This document shows, piece after piece, positions 62,332-64,000 of a DNA stretch of 64,000 bases. A model generated the notes under the pieces. That model was not told the DNA's origin and did not search any database. It saw only the letters and a program-made list of their open reading frames with translations. The position numbers were made by a program, and so were the translations under genes. Each line of letters starts with the position of its first letter. The first letter of the stretch is position 1. Source of the stretch: Octopus sinensis (Eukaryota); assembly GCF_006345805.1 (NCBI RefSeq), contig NC_043000.1, positions 2,480,001-2,544,000 on the forward strand, in the 5' to 3' direction.

Positions 62332-62588
62332 GATGGGCTTCTTTCAGTTTCCATTCACAAGGCTTTAGTTGGTTCAGGACTTTATTGGAAAACACTTTCC
62401 CAACATGCAACACAGTACAAATGAACTTAAAACTACATGATTGTGAAGCAAACTTGTTCACTACACAAACATGCCTATATATTAACGTGCTTCATGTTGT
62501 TTGTTATCGTTTTGAAAGCCTACATTTACAGTGTTGAGCCATTTCTCTTTGGTCTATGTCTGTCATTTATGATATATATACATATTAA

Positions 62589-64000
62589 CCCTTTAGTGTT
62601 CAGATTAATTTGTCAAATGTAACGCTTATCTGTTCACATTAATTTGGATTTATTCAGGTTCAAGTGGGGTGTCCGCAATATTTGCTTGTAACTTTGTTAA
62701 TTTTCTACATACAGATTTGAAATTTTATAAATGGGTGCTTATATGCAAGTGGTTTATAGTTACATAATTTTAGCTGATCTTTCTAATTAAATTTGACTTT
62801 TATGGACAGGTAAATTTAATTAACAGGTGTAAAAACAATAACATTATGAATAAACACTAAAATTAATATTCTTAATACATCTTACCTGTTTGATTTGTTA
62901 CTAAAATCATCCCAGATGTCAACTGCCAACAATTTTACATTTTTCAAGACAAGGTAAATTAATTTGAATTAATTAAAATACAGGTCTAATTGGAACAAGA
63001 TTTTATTCTTTCTCTATTTTTCATTCAAACATTTTCATTGAAAATAAAGTACAAAACTCTTTATTAGGCAATATACCATTGGCTATGTACTCTTATACAA
63101 TATAATGAATTCATTTACATAACAGAATGCATCTAATAAAAAAGCTCATTAACAGGTGAGACAAAGGTGAATACAGGTGTGTAACATACTGAAAATTAAT
63201 ATGTATTTCTCACTTTCACATATTATTTATAATAAAATGAAAAAGAATATATGATAAAATAATATAGTTATGACATATTTCTGTCATGAAACTGCCCAAA
63301 GCACCCTTTACACAAGGTCACTTTGCAAAAGGAACACATATACAAAGTCTCAATCTGAAACCCTCTTTTAGTTTTTCTTTTTTTGCACCAAACACAGTCT
63401 GCAAACTTTTTTTTCTTCCATTTATCTTTTCGACTTTATGGAAGTCAATATTTTCTCTGTTGACATCCACCTCAGTTAATTTTGCTTTTCTCCCAGTTCT
63501 GTGCTTTCTAGAAGAAAAGCCCTCACGTAACTGAGATGCGATGTCAACCCGAAATTTCAAAGGGTCGTAGTCCTTTGATGGTGGAGGTAACTTGTGGTTT
63601 TTTTACATACACAATATATGAATTAACTATAGATAAATTAACTAAAAACCACAAAATGTACCTCCACCATTTCTTCACAGGTTGACCAACTGGGTAATGT
63701 GCCTGATATTGGTCAGATTTATCAACCCCACCCATATATTTGTTATAACAAATATTCACTAGGGGTTTCCCCTTAGCACCAACACCAGGTTATTCATTAG
63801 TAGACAGAAATAAAATCTGTCTTTTGTCTTTGAAAGCAGTAGCTAATAAATTTTCATTTTGCATTTGTAAAATGTCCCCTCTTTTTTAAAATTTTGTTTT
63901 CATTTCACAGGGTAAACCTCTGTGGTTGCCCATAACAGAACTGTATGTGTAAGTACTTACACGGGCAAGATTTTCTGCTAAAGCCACTGACGAAAAGAAT
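62589..64000 (-). mobile_element. piggyBac transposon 3' part with transposase pseudogene (about 63272-64000)
   Basis: TTAA|CCCTTT terminus at 62585-62594; YNKYMGGVDKSDQ...KKWWRYILWFLVNLSIVNSY motif; frameshifts. Confidence 0.9.

Noticed and set aside
3047-62537. Numerous long ORFs rich in Y/I/C/V/H/T, or poly-L/V/M/H/N
   Set aside because: Translations of (TA)n, (CA)n, (CAT)n and (GTT)n microsatellites, which lack stop codons in several frames; not genes.

Overview
Eukaryotic, AT-rich, repeat-saturated DNA. The tRNA-derived SINE families, RTE tails and dense (TA)n/(CA)n/(CAT)n microsatellites suggest an octopus or other coleoid genome; this is recognition of repeat families, not a database result. 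No host protein-coding gene is supported: nearly all ORFs in the track are microsatellite or SINE/LINE read-throughs. Recognisable elements are CR1, RTE and R4/Dong LINE fragments, mariner/Tc1 and piggyBac remnants and MITEs, a non-autonomous Helitron and at least four SINE families. Main result: reading both strands reveals 10 minimal type I hammerhead ribozyme motifs with an intact core (stem I, CUGAnGA, stem II, GAAA, palindromic stem III, GUH, stem I') from about 7 unrelated ORF-less families, plus about 7 decayed copies. Several sit in long inverted-repeat arrangements typical of Penelope-like pseudo-LTRs or retrozymes. Second result: a young CR1 (49033-50860) has lost its RT domain by internal deletion but keeps ORF1 and an intact endonuclease. 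These are joined by a G-GGA-AAC slippery heptamer directly before the ORF1 stop, a candidate -1 ribosomal frameshift. All structures were folded by eye and ribozyme activity is untested.
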